Positions 37,138 to 55,159 of a stretch of 64,000 nucleotides of DNA are shown here, piece after piece (the stretch's first letter is position 1; each line of letters opens with the position of its first letter). The notes under the pieces are model-generated. The model was given only the letters and a program-made list of their open reading frames with translations. It was not told the origin of the DNA and ran no database searches. Location: the NCBI RefSeq assembly GCF_009914755.1, contig NC_060934.1, one strand, 5' to 3'. Both the position numbers and the translations under genes were made by a program. This stretch comes from the human T2T-CHM13v2.0 reference genome, Homo sapiens.

Positions 37138-40100
37138 AAGAATGGAGCCAAAAAAGTATTTTCAGTTTTCTTAAGCCAGAATGAAAACTTAAAACCAATC
37201 TTAGGCCAAACATACACTTCCAAAAGATCACACATTGAGCTGTACAGGATTGTGGAAACTAGAGGCCAGCATAGAGCTAGCATCTGTGCCCACTTTTTCT
37301 TGGGAAATAGAGATATTGATTCATCTTTGCCTTGATCACTCTTGTGTGACTTTTTCAACTCAGATCATTGTTGCTTAAATTGAGAGCAGCTTTTTCAGAA
37401 ACTGAAACTCAACTGCAGTTATAGCTTTTTGGCAGGACTTTACTAATTGGGACAGGGAGGCGATCACTTGTTACAACATAAATAGAATCAGAAATCAAGT
37501 GATAGTAGTGATAGTATATCATTCATATGATACATTCAGCCTATATATATGTACATGCCAGGAAAGTGTGAAATTTCAGTTTTCTTATTGGAAAATGAAT
37601 CGTATTTGTTAGTTTTTTTTAAATTGTAGTTTGCAGTTTTTGAGTAATATTTTTGACTGGCTATTTCTTGGTACATTTTATGAAGAACTTACTATTATAT
37701 ATTCTCTTTTTGGTAAGTGAAACAATTTCTGATTTCAATTGCCAGAGAGCCTGAAGTTGACAAGTCAGGCTGGGAATTAGCCAGGGCATGATAACTGGAA
37801 GAAGGGATTATGTTCTACATCATTAATATCTGCTTCCAGGCTTTATAATATTATCCAGGCTGCCAGTTTTCTTAAAAGGAAAAAAATTATCTTGATTAAC
37901 TTTCAGCTGTTTCACCCTTCCTTACGTTCAAGACTTTGGTTTCTCTGAGAAGAAGATTTCAAAGGACCACTCTTATTCACTAAATCTCTTATTATGTACC
38001 TGGGTGAATAGAATGAAAAGACGAGAGTGTCTAAGTCCTTCACCAGCATCCCATCCTGCACTGGCTCTGACTGTCTCTCAAGACATGCTTCAGCAAATAA
38101 CATTTGTGGTTACCTCGCTGGTGCCTGCCTTATTATTATTTTTTTTTAATTCTCTCGGGCTTGTGGAGTTGGTTTTCTTATAGCCATTCCAGAGATCTAC
38201 TGGAATGCATTCAACTCCACTCAGGCACCAGGATTCAGCTCTGAAAAGTGTACAGCTTCCCATTCTCACAATATACTGCCCCCATTTCCTCTACTTGTGA
38301 TGATCCAAACGTTCCTTTAGATTTACTTTCCTGGCAGATTACAAGTAAGTGGAAGCCAATGGCAACTTTATAACGTTTTTCTACTTTCTGGAACTCTTAA
38401 AGAAAATGTGTAGGGTTCTCTCTAATTCTACTACTTGGTTGTTTTCAGTACTGTCTTATATTCCTACCTCCATAAACCTCAGTCAGAAGTAATTTCTCTC
38501 TTCTAATAAATTTACTATTTCTTCCTTGCATGATAGTTACAGTGTAGACATCTTATCTGAGTCCTCTCTTCAAAGGTAAGTTTTTAAAGGGACTATTTCT
38601 TATTCATGGTGTTATTATTAACTGAATGTCTTTGATGCAGTAGGGACTCTGTCTTTGTTGAATGCAGTTTAACTTCCATTAAAACAAAACATGCTCTTCC
38701 TTTTCTTTCACTCTGCCCAAAGTGTCAATTACCTAGGTAAAAAATAGTTTAAATGTATGTTATTGTTTCTTCCACTAAAGAAGTAGAAGGTACAGTCTTT
38801 GTCCATTAAAACTCCACTGGTAGAAAAATAAGCTAACTGTGGAGTGTGTTTATATGGAGTTTTTATATGTGTAGATGATGAAAGAATAATAAGAACAAAA
38901 TGTTAGCACAAAATGTGATACCGGTTATGTAATATTTGGTAATTCCAATATGGTAAAATTGTTATGGTTTAGGAAAGTTGAGGAAGGAACCAGGATACTA
39001 CTAAGGAGGTTCAGGTTCTGGGGATTCATACTGCATAATATTCTAATTTTTCCCAAGTAGACCTGGACTGAGGATTAGGTAAGCACAGCCCCATTGTTAC
39101 CAGTTGGTATGTAGGAATGCATGTTCTTAGCAAGACATGAAGCTTCCTTTCTGTAATATTAAGGATGAAAAGGGTTAGGGGAGTTCAGAAATGAGAGAGA
39201 AGCCACTTATTTCCTTGGATAATGGGAAGGGGACTTCAAAATGCAAAAGGCTTAGTGGAGTTTGATTTGAGAAGGTACCAAAAAGAAATTGATCATGTTC
39301 AGAGTACAGAGGATGAAAGGGAAGAAAATCAGGGAAGGTCCTGGAGCTGGGCCAGTGGGATTTTTGCCATCACAATTCTGGACATGTTCTGCTGGTGATG
39401 CCTTTGACATGTGTTAGTATTTTGACATGTTGGGAAATACTCCTAGGATTTTAGATTCTCACTACCTGCCTCGAATGGAATAGGACTATCATGTAGAAAA
39501 TTAGGAAGGGATTGTGTCTTCATTTTGACATTAAATGATGGACTTTCCCTTTTGTGTTCTCATCAATTTATTTCTCTCCTGAAAGCATTTTGTGACTTAT
39601 AAACACTGCAGAGTTTACTAGGTATGGGTGCAATGATGCAGGCAGATTTATAAAATGGGTCTTAAAAATCAACTAACTAGAAGCCCCTCCAGCAATGGAA
39701 AATTTTGGTTTTCTTAAGCCACCCATGATATATTCACTTTCAGGTTTCTGTGTTTATGTGGAAGAGAGAAACAGAAAGATATTGTTTTGACTAGTGTTGG
39801 CAAATGGACAAAAGCTGGTTTTTTTTTGTCTGAAACGTTTTCCTTTTCTCCTGTAAAGTGTGCAGAAATGTATTCCTTTATTGGTGTAAGAGTGTACAGA
39901 TATTCATTGACCTCATACCGATCGCTTAACTGACAACCTCATCCAGTCCACACTGTAATTCCTGTCCCCAGGCATTTATGGGACTGCCCAGGCTTGAATC
40001 CAGTGAACAGATAAGTATTTGGAATAAAACATCATGACTTAAACTGAAGCATTAGTTTCCACCTGGTAAAAGTAAAATAATATAATGTGTAAGAACTGTT

Positions 40101-40684
40101 CACTCATTAAGGTAGTTTCAGATTGTATACACAAAGACAGTGTTGATTGTCCTATTTTCTTTCTTGTTTTAGTAGTTACTAACATGATTGACAATAAATT
40201 AAAACTATTTTTAGTACTTGAAAAAGTAACATGGGTTTAATTTTTTTATTCATATCTTATTTTTGGAATATTATTCTTGCTGCATTTTGCCATTTTACTA
40301 GGAAGAGATAATTATCACAAAGAGATGGTTGACATTAATAAGGCATGAAAGCAAAACACAAATTAGTATACAAAATTTGGGGCTAGTGCTATATTGTTCT
40401 TTCTCTGTATTTTCAAAAGGAACTGAAGTGTTTCCTGAGAACAATTCCCATTGTGCTCATATTCTCTCTGGACATATTCAGGCACAATTTTCATTAAACT
40501 TGAAGGCAATTGAAGTGGTTTTTCATACCTATTACTTTTCCTGGACTTAATTGCTTGAGAGCAGTGGAAGTGTGTTCTGACTTTTTCAAATCATACTTTC
40601 TTTCTGGCATAGTGTTTGAAAACCTCTTCCCAACCCTTTTTAATGTATCATGCAACAATTTTCTCGCAATAAAAAAATGAGTAG

Positions 40685-44103
<3,419 letters not shown>

Positions 44104-45075
44104 AAAAAAATGAGTAGTTATATATGTCTTTCTAGCAGTGAGATTTTGCAAAAGACAACTGAAGTATCTCACATGGAGTGACCACTCATTTGGAATTGCT
44201 CATTGCCTGGGCAGATGTTAGAAGAATTTGCATTATATTCAATAGCCATGCCTGGTGAAGTCATTGTTGTAATTTGGCTGAAACTAATGCAATATTACTT
44301 TAAAATATTATTTTCCTAAAGATAATATAACTTATTTTAAAAAAGACTTAAACTGAATCTTTGGTTCTTCTGAATATTGCATTTTATGAAGTGTGTGGGT
44401 GTGTGTGTTTATGTGTGTGTGCAGGGGTGAGAGAGCAAGAGAGAAGTAATTTTTTAAGAAACTGAAAGAATATGTTACAGAATGGGAAGTTGTTTTATTC
44501 ATGTGTTATTTGATGAGATATTTCTAGCATCTTGAAGATTTATCCATAAGATTTAGAGGCAAAAGAATGGCCTTTTGTTTATAGTTCTCGTTTGGAATCA
44601 GATTCATCATTCTTACTTAAACAAAAAGAAAAAAACATATTTACATATTTTCCAAAGTGTAATATTATAGTGAAAAACTTTACAACTGAGTTCAAAAATT
44701 TTGTTAGAGAACCTAAAGCACCTAGAGTTATTTCTAATATTAGAAGAATGGAATGTTAGTCTTATGATTCCCCTAAAAGCCCTTTTAAAGATATACAATA
44801 GGTGATATTATATATATGTCACCTATGTACACATATGTACATACACATGTATGATTCCTTAATAGCCTCTTTAAAAGGTCTCAGGTTGTCAAAGGAGCAC
44901 ATGAAAAGGTGTTACACTATGGTTTCATAATCCACATGAAGTTTGTCCCTTCAATGATATTTGTCCCCTGACATTTCTGTAGCATGATTGAAATATCTAT
45001 GTTAGGTTACCAGGGCATGGAGTCAGCAGTATGAATTATCTGTACTTTGTATGGGTACAGATCTTACCTTGCTAC

Positions 45076-45755
45076 TTAATCAGTCAGGATGGACCAAGTG
45101 TTGCCACAGAAAAAGAAAAACTCTTTTTTTTTTTGACAGGGTATTGCTCTTTTGCCCAGGCTGGAGCGCAGTGGCATGATCACTGCTCATTGAGGCCTCT
45201 CCTGCCTGGGCTCAAATGATTCTCCCACCTCTACTTCCTATCTGGGGCCAGAGTCGCTTGCCACACCCCCAGCTATATTTTTTTTTATTTTGTAGAGACG
45301 GTGTCTCATTATGTTGCCCAGTCTGATCTCAAACCGCTGAGCTCAAGCAGTCCTCCCGCTTGGCCTGCCAAAGTGCTGGGATTACAGGTTTGAACCACCA
45401 CAATCAGGCCCGGAGAACAGCTGTCAAATATCAATGAACTAACAGCAAAGCTTTGTTTTTACAATCACTTTACATGAGCACGTGGATTGGCAGGGGACCT
45501 CTGCCCAATATCTTTACACAGAAACCCACAGAAGACTCACTCTTGACACATGTTTGCAAATCACCACTGAACGGAAAATGAAAGATTGTCACTTGCTCTT
45601 TGAAATTTTCTTTTAAGTGACCTTGTCACTTCTACCCTCAACTCATTGGCTGAAGCAAGTTACAGCGTGGGCGGCTAACTTCAAAAGGTCAGGGACAGCA
45701 ATCCTATCATGTTTCCAAAAAGAGAAAACAATGCGAATCATCTAATGCCAATCAG
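45076..45755 (-). mobile_element. Old MLT1 (K/L-like) LTR split by an AluJ
   Basis: 'atcagtcaggatgg...' upstream; 'gtcacttctaccctcaactcattggctgaagcaagt...ctaacttcaaaagg...gcaatcctatcatgt' downstream. Confidence 0.6.
45124..45411 (-). mobile_element. AluJ (diverged)
   Basis: 'gacagggt...gcagtggcatgatcactgctca...ctgggctcaa...gtagagacgg.gtctca..atgttgccca'. Confidence 0.9.
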
Positions 45756-46419
45756 AACTACCATAAATGATTAGACTGATCCCAGGAGGGAAAGGGTTAG
45801 TGTAAATTCATTACTGTTGTTTAAAAAGATGCTCGACAGCACATTTGCTGCTAATTAATGGTGTCATGTTTGAAGAAAGAATCCGCAAATGCTTATTTTT
45901 AATAATTGAAAAATAAGGAGAGCTTTTTCTTTGATCGTGAATTAGTCTGTGCAGTTGGATGATAAATTACAAGTGATTACAACTACCACTTATGCTGCTA
46001 AATTATAGCTCTTCAGCATTGTTAGAAACAAAAAGGAAAGCTGGTCTCCATGGAGGTCATATACATATTTTCTTAGGAAGAGTGAGAACAGGTGTTGAAA
46101 TTTAAATGGTAAGAACCTTAAGTTCATAGGGAAGACAGCTGAATAGAAACTGAGGGGCAAGCTTGGGGAGCCCTGTGGGATTTTTGCAGGGGGCATGGAG
46201 GAGGAAGGGAGTAGAAGAATGCTGGCATTTGTTTATTCATGGTAAGAGGTGCTTTGGTCAAGAAGGGATGAAAATGTTTTCATGTTTATAAAACAGTCAT
46301 TGATCAACATTCTTTGTCTCTCCCTCTCCATCCCTCTCTTCTTCCCTTCCACCTTCCACTTCTTTCTTTCACCAGTATGACAAAAACTTGGTAGCCTACC
46401 ATTCTGGATTCTGTCTATA

Positions 46420-46800
46420 GAACTGGAAATTCCTCTATATACAGAACTTACATTCTAGTAGTTATAACAGTGATAGGTGTATGTAGAAAACCTAAAGCAG
46501 AGTAAGAAATACAGAGCCCTGAAAAGCACTACTTTTTAGAAGTGTTCATGGAAGGTGTCTTTGAAGACATAACATTAGAGGAGAGAGAATAAAGTGAGGA
46601 AACAAGCCTTGAAATGACATAGAAAATAGCTTTCCAAATGGAGCAAATATTAAGTGCCAAGGCCCTGAGGTAGAACTGTGTTTGTCTGCTATTAGTGCTG
46701 GGCCTTCAGAGATGAGTGCTTGCAGGACTTGGTATAGGACCTGGCCCACAGGAGTGGCTCATTGAATATTTGTGGGATGAATGAATGAGCAGATGAATGA
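46420..46800. mobile_element. L2 fragments
   Basis: 'aagtgccaaggccctgaggtagaa' (antisense L2) and a (GAAT)n-type tail near 46780. Confidence 0.55.
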
Positions 46801-47014
46801 ATGTAAACCCCATCCCCAAAGAATTCCCACTGTAGCAGAGGATGGAAGTCTGACTAAAGATAACTACTTGGTAGCAATAACAACATTCAGCATTGCTCTT
46901 CATTGGGTAGGGCACTAAGATCTTTACATAAGTTATCTTACATAATTCACAAAGCAATACTATGGACACATGTTATTGCTCCCATTTTGTAAACAGAAAG
47001 TCAACAGAGATTCT

Positions 47015-47275
47015 GTTATAATGTTTAAGTGTTTGGACTCCGGAGCCAGACTGCCTTGATTTGAGTAACAGTACTTCCACTTGCCATCTTTATGACCTTA
47101 AACAAGTTACTTAACTTCTCTGTGCCTGGGTTTCCTCACTGGTTTTAAAAAACCCGAATATAACCGTTTCAGGACATTGGTGTGAGGATTGTGTGAATTA
47201 ACATATGCAAAATACTTAAGACAGTAACTGGCACTATATAACTTTTCTTATAATAAATGCTGTCATCATCATTTT
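47015..47275 (+). mobile_element. MIR
   Basis: 'ggactccggagccagactgcct...tgaccttaaacaagttacttaacttctctgtgcct...gtgaggattg'. Confidence 0.85.
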
Positions 47276-49120
47276 CAAGATTATGTAGGAAAATAGGGAT
47301 GCTAACTGCTTGAGAATTCCACAGAGGTCTTCATAAATAAGATGTTTGAACTAAGATTTGAATGGAAAGGTAGGAATTCTAAAATGTATTCAAGTGGTAT
47401 GGGTGTGTGTAAATATTTCAGCTAATTCAGCATTGATTTTTTCAGGGGGATTTAAAAAGTATATTTGGTAGTAAATTGTCTCCTTTTTGCTGAATATCAG
47501 GCTACTATAATATAAATTCCACCTTGTTCCCCCAAATGCTTCTAGACTTACAACTTGTATACATGAGAATAAAATCATTGTCATTTTCCATCTTATAAGA
47601 CAAAACATAAATCTAGCCTGGTTTAGCCTCCATTGTCATTAAATAAAAAATAAGAAAATGATCTCCTGTGCAGATAGTCAAATTGAAAAGCTCATGGGTG
47701 ATAGTTAAAGTTTAATACCCACTGAGGCCATTTTAGGAATAGCAATAATTTGGCTGTGTATAATTGTGTGTTTATGTATGTGTACCTTTATATGCATTTC
47801 TACAACACAAGCTGTTACTGAATCAGAGATGTGTGACCTTCTTTCATAGATATAAAAATTACACCTGGAAATATTCTCTGAGTTTACATGAGAGAAGGGA
47901 ATGGCTTATTTTACACATATAAAATTATACATATCTTCACAGCATCTTAATCCATTTTTTTCTTTAGCCGTGTCTAAATGGTTTAAGAACGCATTACCTA
48001 ATAAGTTTGGTGTGGGGAAAAATGCCTTAGAAAGGAGTAAAGCAAAATCTATCACCATCTCTCTTTTAATAATAAATATGCAAGTGGATGATTACAAAAG
48101 AAGAGATCTGGAGATGACTGAAAAAGAACATTGTGAGGGTGTTGGATTATCGAAATTTTTATACATTAGAATTCAGTGTTTATTTTGAGAATGAAACACA
48201 TTTTTTCTATTTACATTTACACAAATAAAGTGCCTCTGCCCACAAACAGTCCTTCTATGAGTTAGGAATAATTTTCCTGTGGTATAAATTGGTACTTCTG
48301 TTTCTGGCCTTAGTTCTGGGCTCACACAGATGGCCTTTATAAACATAATCTATTATTTACATAAATCAGTTCTCTCTTTACCCCTTGTAAACACTCCTGT
48401 GCAGTTATTTGAATTCAGATCTGATTATGGATGGCAAATGTATAGCAAGAAAAATGGAAAAGCTAATTATTTTACTATTTGGATTTATTTTTGTAAAATA
48501 ATTTCCAAGGATTTCTTTAGAGTTTCTCTGCAAGGGTAACAAATTCCTCCTTTCTTTCAGTTCCCTCCTTCATCTGAATCTCAGGTCTTACAAGTGATTA
48601 ACATCTCATAATTCACTATGGCTTCAGCACTTGTACATTTCAAGGGCCATTTTAGCAATAGCACTAATTCATGTTTACATACTTTGTAATGTAAATGAAC
48701 TGTGATACTTATGTCGTTAACTGTTATTTAACAACGTAATTTTGTAAAAATTTGAAAGGCATGTATTTTCTAATGAGGTAAATACAGTATCTGTTATAAC
48801 AATGACTAGGTCTAAATGTTTTTAAACATTGCATTGGAGGCCCTGAGCAGAAAGATGCAATATATTTGAGTATGACTTTGTTTTGTAACAAAAACGTTGC
48901 TCTAAGGCACAGATATTTGTTTTGGTGAAGTTGAAGTCACTATAAACATGTGTGGCTTCCTTATTCCCACCATCTGTGGTTCATACACTATCCTCAACTA
49001 TGAGATCACAGTTGGGCAAGATGGAATTTCCTTGTTTAAATTTTCTCATCGGTTTTTCCCACAGAAAGTTACTAATGACTAGCATATTTTGAAGTCTACT
49101 TTCATTATAGTTCATCTATC

Positions 49121-49123
<3 letters not shown>

Positions 49124-49164
<41 letters not shown>
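49124..49164. repeat. Pure (AT)20 microsatellite
   Basis: Seen directly. Confidence 0.97.
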
Positions 49165-49166
<2 letters not shown>

Positions 49167-49170
49167 GTGT

Positions 49171-49224
49171 GTATTTGGCATTTATATATATGTATTTGGC
49201 ATATATATATGTATTTGGCATTTA
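49171..49224. repeat. About 20-bp minisatellite x3 (GTATTTGGCA plus TA run)
   Basis: Copies begin at 49171, 49192 and 49211. Confidence 0.9.
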
Positions 49225-49529
49225 CATAAAAACAAGATCAGTGATGGGTAATTTTAAATGCATATTAAATATAAACACCAATGCATAGAAATATTATTTT
49301 ATGAGGTAATGTCTTGATATTTTGTTCGTGTTAAGTGCTATGAATACATATGATAAAGATATTATTTCTAGAAACAAACAAAAAAAGATTGGGACCCAAG
49401 TTTATTGATTGATAACGGTTAGCCCAATGCCTACACATAATTAATATCAATAAATATCAAAGAAAGGAAGGAGAGAGGGAGGGAGTGGAAGAAGGAGAGA
49501 AGAAGGGGAGGAAGGAAGGAAGAAGATAG

Positions 49530-49690
49530 CATAGCAGTCAGAATGTTCAGATACTATGGTGGCTTCACTAACTTTGTAGTCACTTTACCTTGGGCAAGTT
49601 ATTTAACCTCTCAAAGTCTCAGTTTCCTCATCTCTAAAATGGAATTGTTTTGATTAAATGAGATGAAGCAGTTAGTGCAGCAGCAATTAA
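49530..49690 (+). mobile_element. MIR
   Basis: 'accttgggcaagttatttaacctctc...ctcagtttcctcatctctaaaatgg'. Confidence 0.85.
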
Positions 49691-50058
49691 TACATTTTAG
49701 AAATACTTTCAAATTATTTTTAATGAATATGAAATTTTAATTAAATGAGTAGTATCAGCTGATAATTTTACCTATGAATACAGATTACTCATTTTCAAAA
49801 ATTAGTGGTGAACACACTTCAATACTACAGTTTACACCGAACATAACTTATGTTTTTCATTGACCTTAAAGGTACATATATATAAATTGTTAAACATATG
49901 TTTATCAGGTGAGCATCTATTATGTTGATTCGCACTGGTCTAAATTCTGGGGTTACATAGTTAAGTCTTCTCAGACTAGTAGACAAGCAGTGTACTGTAG
50001 TGTGATGAATGCTTTAATCTAGGTACACAGTGGGATGCTGTAGAAGTAAAGGAGGAGC

Positions 50059-50372
50059 GGCCGGGCGCAGTGGCTCACACCTGTAATCCCAGCACTTCGG
50101 GAGGCTGTGGCGGGTGGATCACAAGGTCAGGGGTTTGAGACCAGCCTGGCCAACATAGTGAAACCCCGTCTCTACTAAAAATACAAAAAAATTACCCGGG
50201 TGTGGTGGCAGGTGCCTGTAATCCCAGCTACTCAGGAGGCTGAGACACGAGAATCACTTGAACCCAGGAGGCAGAGGTTGCAGTGAGCCAAGATCACACC
50301 ACTGCACTAAAGCCTGGGCCACAGTGCGAGACTCCATCTCAAAAAAAAAATAATAATAAAATTTAAAAAAAA
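50059..50372 (+). mobile_element. AluSg-like
   Basis: Full dimer with 'ggatcacaaggtcagg'; degenerate TSD aaggaggagc/aagaaggagc. Confidence 0.93.
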
Positions 50373-50489
50373 GGCAAGAAGGAGCATCTGTTTAAATTTC
50401 AAATAGAGAGGAAGTGAAGGATTGGCAGGAGAAGTTAATGAGTGGATATCTAAGGTTTCCTGTCAGTGGTGAAATTTGAGTTAGATTTC

Positions 50490-51046
50490 TGTGATAGGCA
50501 GAATTTCTAGGAATGACCCCCAAGATTCCACGTGTCCTGATCCTATGAATATGATGTGATCTCGCTCCCCTGATTGTATTCTGTTATATGGACCAGCTGA
50601 CCTTAAAATAGGAAGATTATCTGGTTGGGCCTTATAAGCAGAGAACTTTACCAGCTCCTGGCAGAAAAGGAAGGCAGAAGAGGAGGGCAGAAGAGGAAGT
50701 CAGAGAGATTTGTAGTACAAGAAGGATTTGATGTGCTGTTGCTTGGTTGAAGATTCAGGGAACAATACAAGAAGAAATATAAACAACCTTACAGAGTTTG
50801 GAGAGGCCACTGGCTGACAATCTTCCAGGACACAAGGACCACAGTCCTATAGCCACAAGGAACCAAATTCTGTCAACAGCCTGAAAGAGCTTAGAAGTGG
50901 ATTATTCATCAGAGAGCCTTCAGATAAGAACCCAGCCAAACCCACCTGATTTCTGACCTAAAGAAACTAAGAGATTATAAGTGAGTGTTGTTTTAAGCCA
51001 CTAGGTTTCCATGAATTTGTTACAAAGGAATAAAAAGATAATATAA
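50490..51046 (+). mobile_element. MLT1E-like MaLR solo LTR
   Basis: 'tgtgataggcagaatttcta..atgacccccaagattcc...gaccttaaaataggaagattatc...gttgttttaagccacta'. Confidence 0.85.
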
Positions 51047-52390
51047 TTTTGAAGGGTGTGTTTTAAACAGCCAGGAAAAGAAACAAAGACCAAAAGGCTA
51101 CTTAAAAAGCAGATGGAAAAATCTAACAGAGAATTCACAGTCACGAGGGTGTAAAAAATGCACAAAATCATAGTATAGGACACCAGTATTAGTGACAGCA
51201 ATTACCATTATACCAAGAGTATGGAGCTATAAATAAACATCTAGTATCTGGATCAACAGCATTTTATTCATTGTTTGCCATGGTTGAGTGATAAAGTAGC
51301 TAACATTAAAAGGTAAGAATACTTTTTCACTTATATCTATCTAAGGATCTTGTGTTTGTATGTATAGGGAAGTTTATTTTTGGAGATGTGGGAATAATAT
51401 ACATTGAATAAAACATTATTAAAAGTAGGCATAAATTAAAATATATAAGCAATTTCAATTTGGAGAAGAGGGAATGAGGTGTACTAAAATTTATAAAGAA
51501 TTAAATAAAGAGGATAAAGACAAATTGGAAATTGAAAAGGAATAAGAAACATTTTTCTGTGTTGGGATTGTAGTATGTAGAAATCTAATCTTATAGTATA
51601 ATATTTGTAATTAAGATGCTTAGTTCCAATATGTTTCATTCAGCACTGGGTTATTGTTTAGTACATTTGTGCAATAATTAGATAAAATATATTTTAATGA
51701 AAGTAGATTTTGTGAGTTGGAAAATACACTTGCTTTAGCAAAGTAAACTAAAGTTAATGTATTTTCACCAAATATAGTTTTCTTTTAATTTTTTTAAATT
51801 TTGTAAAAATGTAAGACATATTTAGAGTAACTCCCTAGTTAGTTCTTTACTAATTGATGCTTTGAAAAGACAATGACTTTTTTATCTGATGTATTTTTAA
51901 TAAAATAGTCTCTCACATCACATTTCTAATGAATGCATTAAAATTCTCAAGTGACTAAAGGGAGTTTAAATTATCTCTGTATTATTATGTCAGCCATCTA
52001 GATCTATGATATCAAAATATATATATTTAAGATGTGCACAAATTAATTAAAATGATAAGTTTCTAAATCTCTCTTTGTATAAGTTCCAAGAATTATAAAA
52101 ATAGCACTATTTTCTGATCAAACAGTTAACACTAAATTTTACAATGTTTGTAAATGTGGCTTAGAGGCCAGTCTTTTTACATGGTTCCTTGGTTTACAAC
52201 AGCAGCCACCATGATAATTTCAGCAAGTCAATACAATGTGTTCTAAAAAAAAAAAAAAAAAGATTGGCAAACTTTTTTTTTCCTAACCATGTTCTGCATT
52301 ATTTAACTTTAAAGTAGAGCTCATCTTTCTAAAGAGGAAAATAGTGAGCAGTAAATAAATCTCTTTTGATAAGATAACAATGAAAGGTAG

Positions 52391-52817
<427 letters not shown>

Positions 52818-53457
52818 TGTTTCATATTTTTCTATGGAAAAATTGGATTGTAGTGGAGAAAGAGAGGAACTGTTCCTCCCACCTTCACTTGTCTACTCTA
52901 AGACCAAAGTTACTTCAAAATAAGGGTTTTGTTGAGGAAAGCAGTCTGCCTCATTTTCTTTTTCCACAGACCTAAATATAAAACTTGATTTCCAAGTAGA
53001 ACATTAATCAATGTTGTCTCTGCTCATCTTGGTGGTTTAATTGGTTCAAACACTCTGGCATTAACTGTCTAGGGATTTTCTAATTTGCCTATGGTCAGAA
53101 ATGCTTAATTGATTTCTGTTCTGATCTTTTCATAGAAGTTCTGACCCTTTCTTTAGCAAAACCGCCTTACTTCATTTCTTTAATAAGGTTGAGAAGTTTG
53201 CTTAGTCTATTTGTTTCATAAATAACTCTCGCCCAAAGTTTAAGTAATGGATTTAGAGGTAACACTGAGAAATTCAGAGAAGGAAGTCTCATGGCTTTAT
53301 GGTTCTAGATATAAGAATTATAGCACAGGGGTAGTTTATATTTCTTTATATTAGGGTGGCCACCATAAGTATGAGTACTTCATGAGAAGAGGCCCTGACG
53401 GTAGGAATTACGGTATTCCTGCCCACAACACCCCCTCTAAGTTTTCTGAATTCTGCA

Positions 53458-53848
53458 GTTTTTTCCAGGTGTATGGAAATATAATTGATAAACAAAAAAT
53501 GTATATATGTAAGGTATACATATGTATACATTCTACTTGTATACATTATAAAAGTACATATGTATACAATGTGAAATGATTACCATAATCAAACTAAATA
53601 ACATATCCATCACTGTAATTTGTTACTCAGTGTGTTTGTGTGTGGCGGGGGGTGGTGCGGGGGAGGGTAAGGGCACTTAAAATCTACTCACTTCACAAAA
53701 TACAAGTAAACAATAGAGGAATATTAACTGTAATCACCACGCTGTATATTATAGCCCCAGAACTTACTCATTTTATACCTGGAAGTTTGTACCCATTGAT
53801 CTACATATCCTCACTTCCCCCACCCTCTGTAGCTCCTGGAAATCACCT
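53458..53848 (-). mobile_element. L1MA9/L1MB-like 3' fragment
   Basis: 'gtgaaatgattaccataatcaaacta.ataacatatccatcac...cacttaaaatctactc...gaagtttgtacccattga'. Confidence 0.85.
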
Positions 53849-54149
53849 AAATTCTGATTGTGGATTGTGTTTCAAGCAATCTAGGAAAAGAGAGAACATT
53901 TTTATAGTTATAAAAAAGTTCAAAATTATTATTTTAATATCACAAGCAATATGTGCCAGGCAAAAAGAACCAAGAAAAAGATATAAACCCCATGAAGACA
54001 GAAATTTTTGTCTGCTGACTTAAGTTAATGTCTGTATTTGAGCCCACATGTATACTTCATATAAGTAGAGGCCATATGTGTTCTTGTTTACAAAGTGCTT
54101 TGCACTATGCCTAGTGCATACATACACACATACACGAGTGAATATCTAT

Positions 54150-54440
54150 ATAAATGTATTCTCTATAGGATTCTACTATCCATTAAAAAATTTGTCCTTT
54201 TACTTAGTATATCATAAATATCTTACCACATAAGATGTATATTTCTACAGACATAAATTTAATGGCTGTATAAGATATAATTTACTAATTTCTTCTTTTT
54301 ATTCTTTTGGCCTATTTCCATTTTTAAATTTATTATTATAAAAACAATTCTTCGAGAAAGACATCACCATTTTATTCTGCACATATAATTATTTTCTAAT
54401 GATAAAGCCTTAAAAGTAGACTTGACAGATAAAAGTATGT
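54150..54440 (-). mobile_element. L1ME-like fragment
   Basis: 'tttaatggctgtata...tttcca tttt...attataaaaaca...gataaagccttaaaagtaga'. Confidence 0.5.
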
Positions 54441-55159
54441 TGGCTCACAAATATAATGCAAATACTGTGCTGAAGAATAAATTGAAGCAGTCACTCATTC
54501 TTAGCTCTGGATTAAATATAGTTCATTTCATTGTTTTACTTTGAATACATTGCTGAAATGACTGGCTCTAAGGGAAAGTGTGCTTTGATTAGGAGCAGGT
54601 TTTTATAATTCTCTTCTACATGCCCATCCTGTAAATGGTATCTTTGTGTAAAAAAGAAGCAAGCATAAGGACACATAGACCAGAATAGAGAGGAACCATG
54701 GAGTGGGAAAATAGGAAAAGAGGCACTGCTGGAAGACAGAAGATAAACTGTATTTTGTGGTTTTGTGTAAGCCTGCCATTGCCTTCATCTAGACCTGCCA
54801 AGTGTGACAGATTTGGACACACTGGAAAAGTTAACGTTTTCAGTGGGAAGTTCTGGGTTTCAGTTCCTTCTGTCAGTTTAGGTATCATCAGCATCATCAT
54901 TAGAATCACTAAGGAGTCAGAGAAAGGTGTGTCCACCTAATTCAAGGGCCTGAGTGCCAGGCAGATTTTTCCATGGTAGCATGTTCCATCCTAACGATCT
55001 CTTCAGCCTTGTTCCCATCCTATTCTCTTTAATAAGAAGTTGTCATTGTCTAGCAATGAATATTTATTGCTCAGAGATTTAGCAGATAGTGAATATTTTC
55101 AGACATCAAACTAATTTGCATTTGTGCTTGAGAAATTTTTCCCAGGTGGCACAATATTT

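Noticed and set aside
38561-38581. AAG|GTAAGT after a short pyrimidine run, a possible recursive splice site
   Set aside because: Non-YAG acceptor, short tract, and located in L2-like sequence
44798-44826. Short hairpin ATAGGTGA...TCACCTAT
   Set aside because: Only 8 perfect base pairs around a TA tract; plausible by chance
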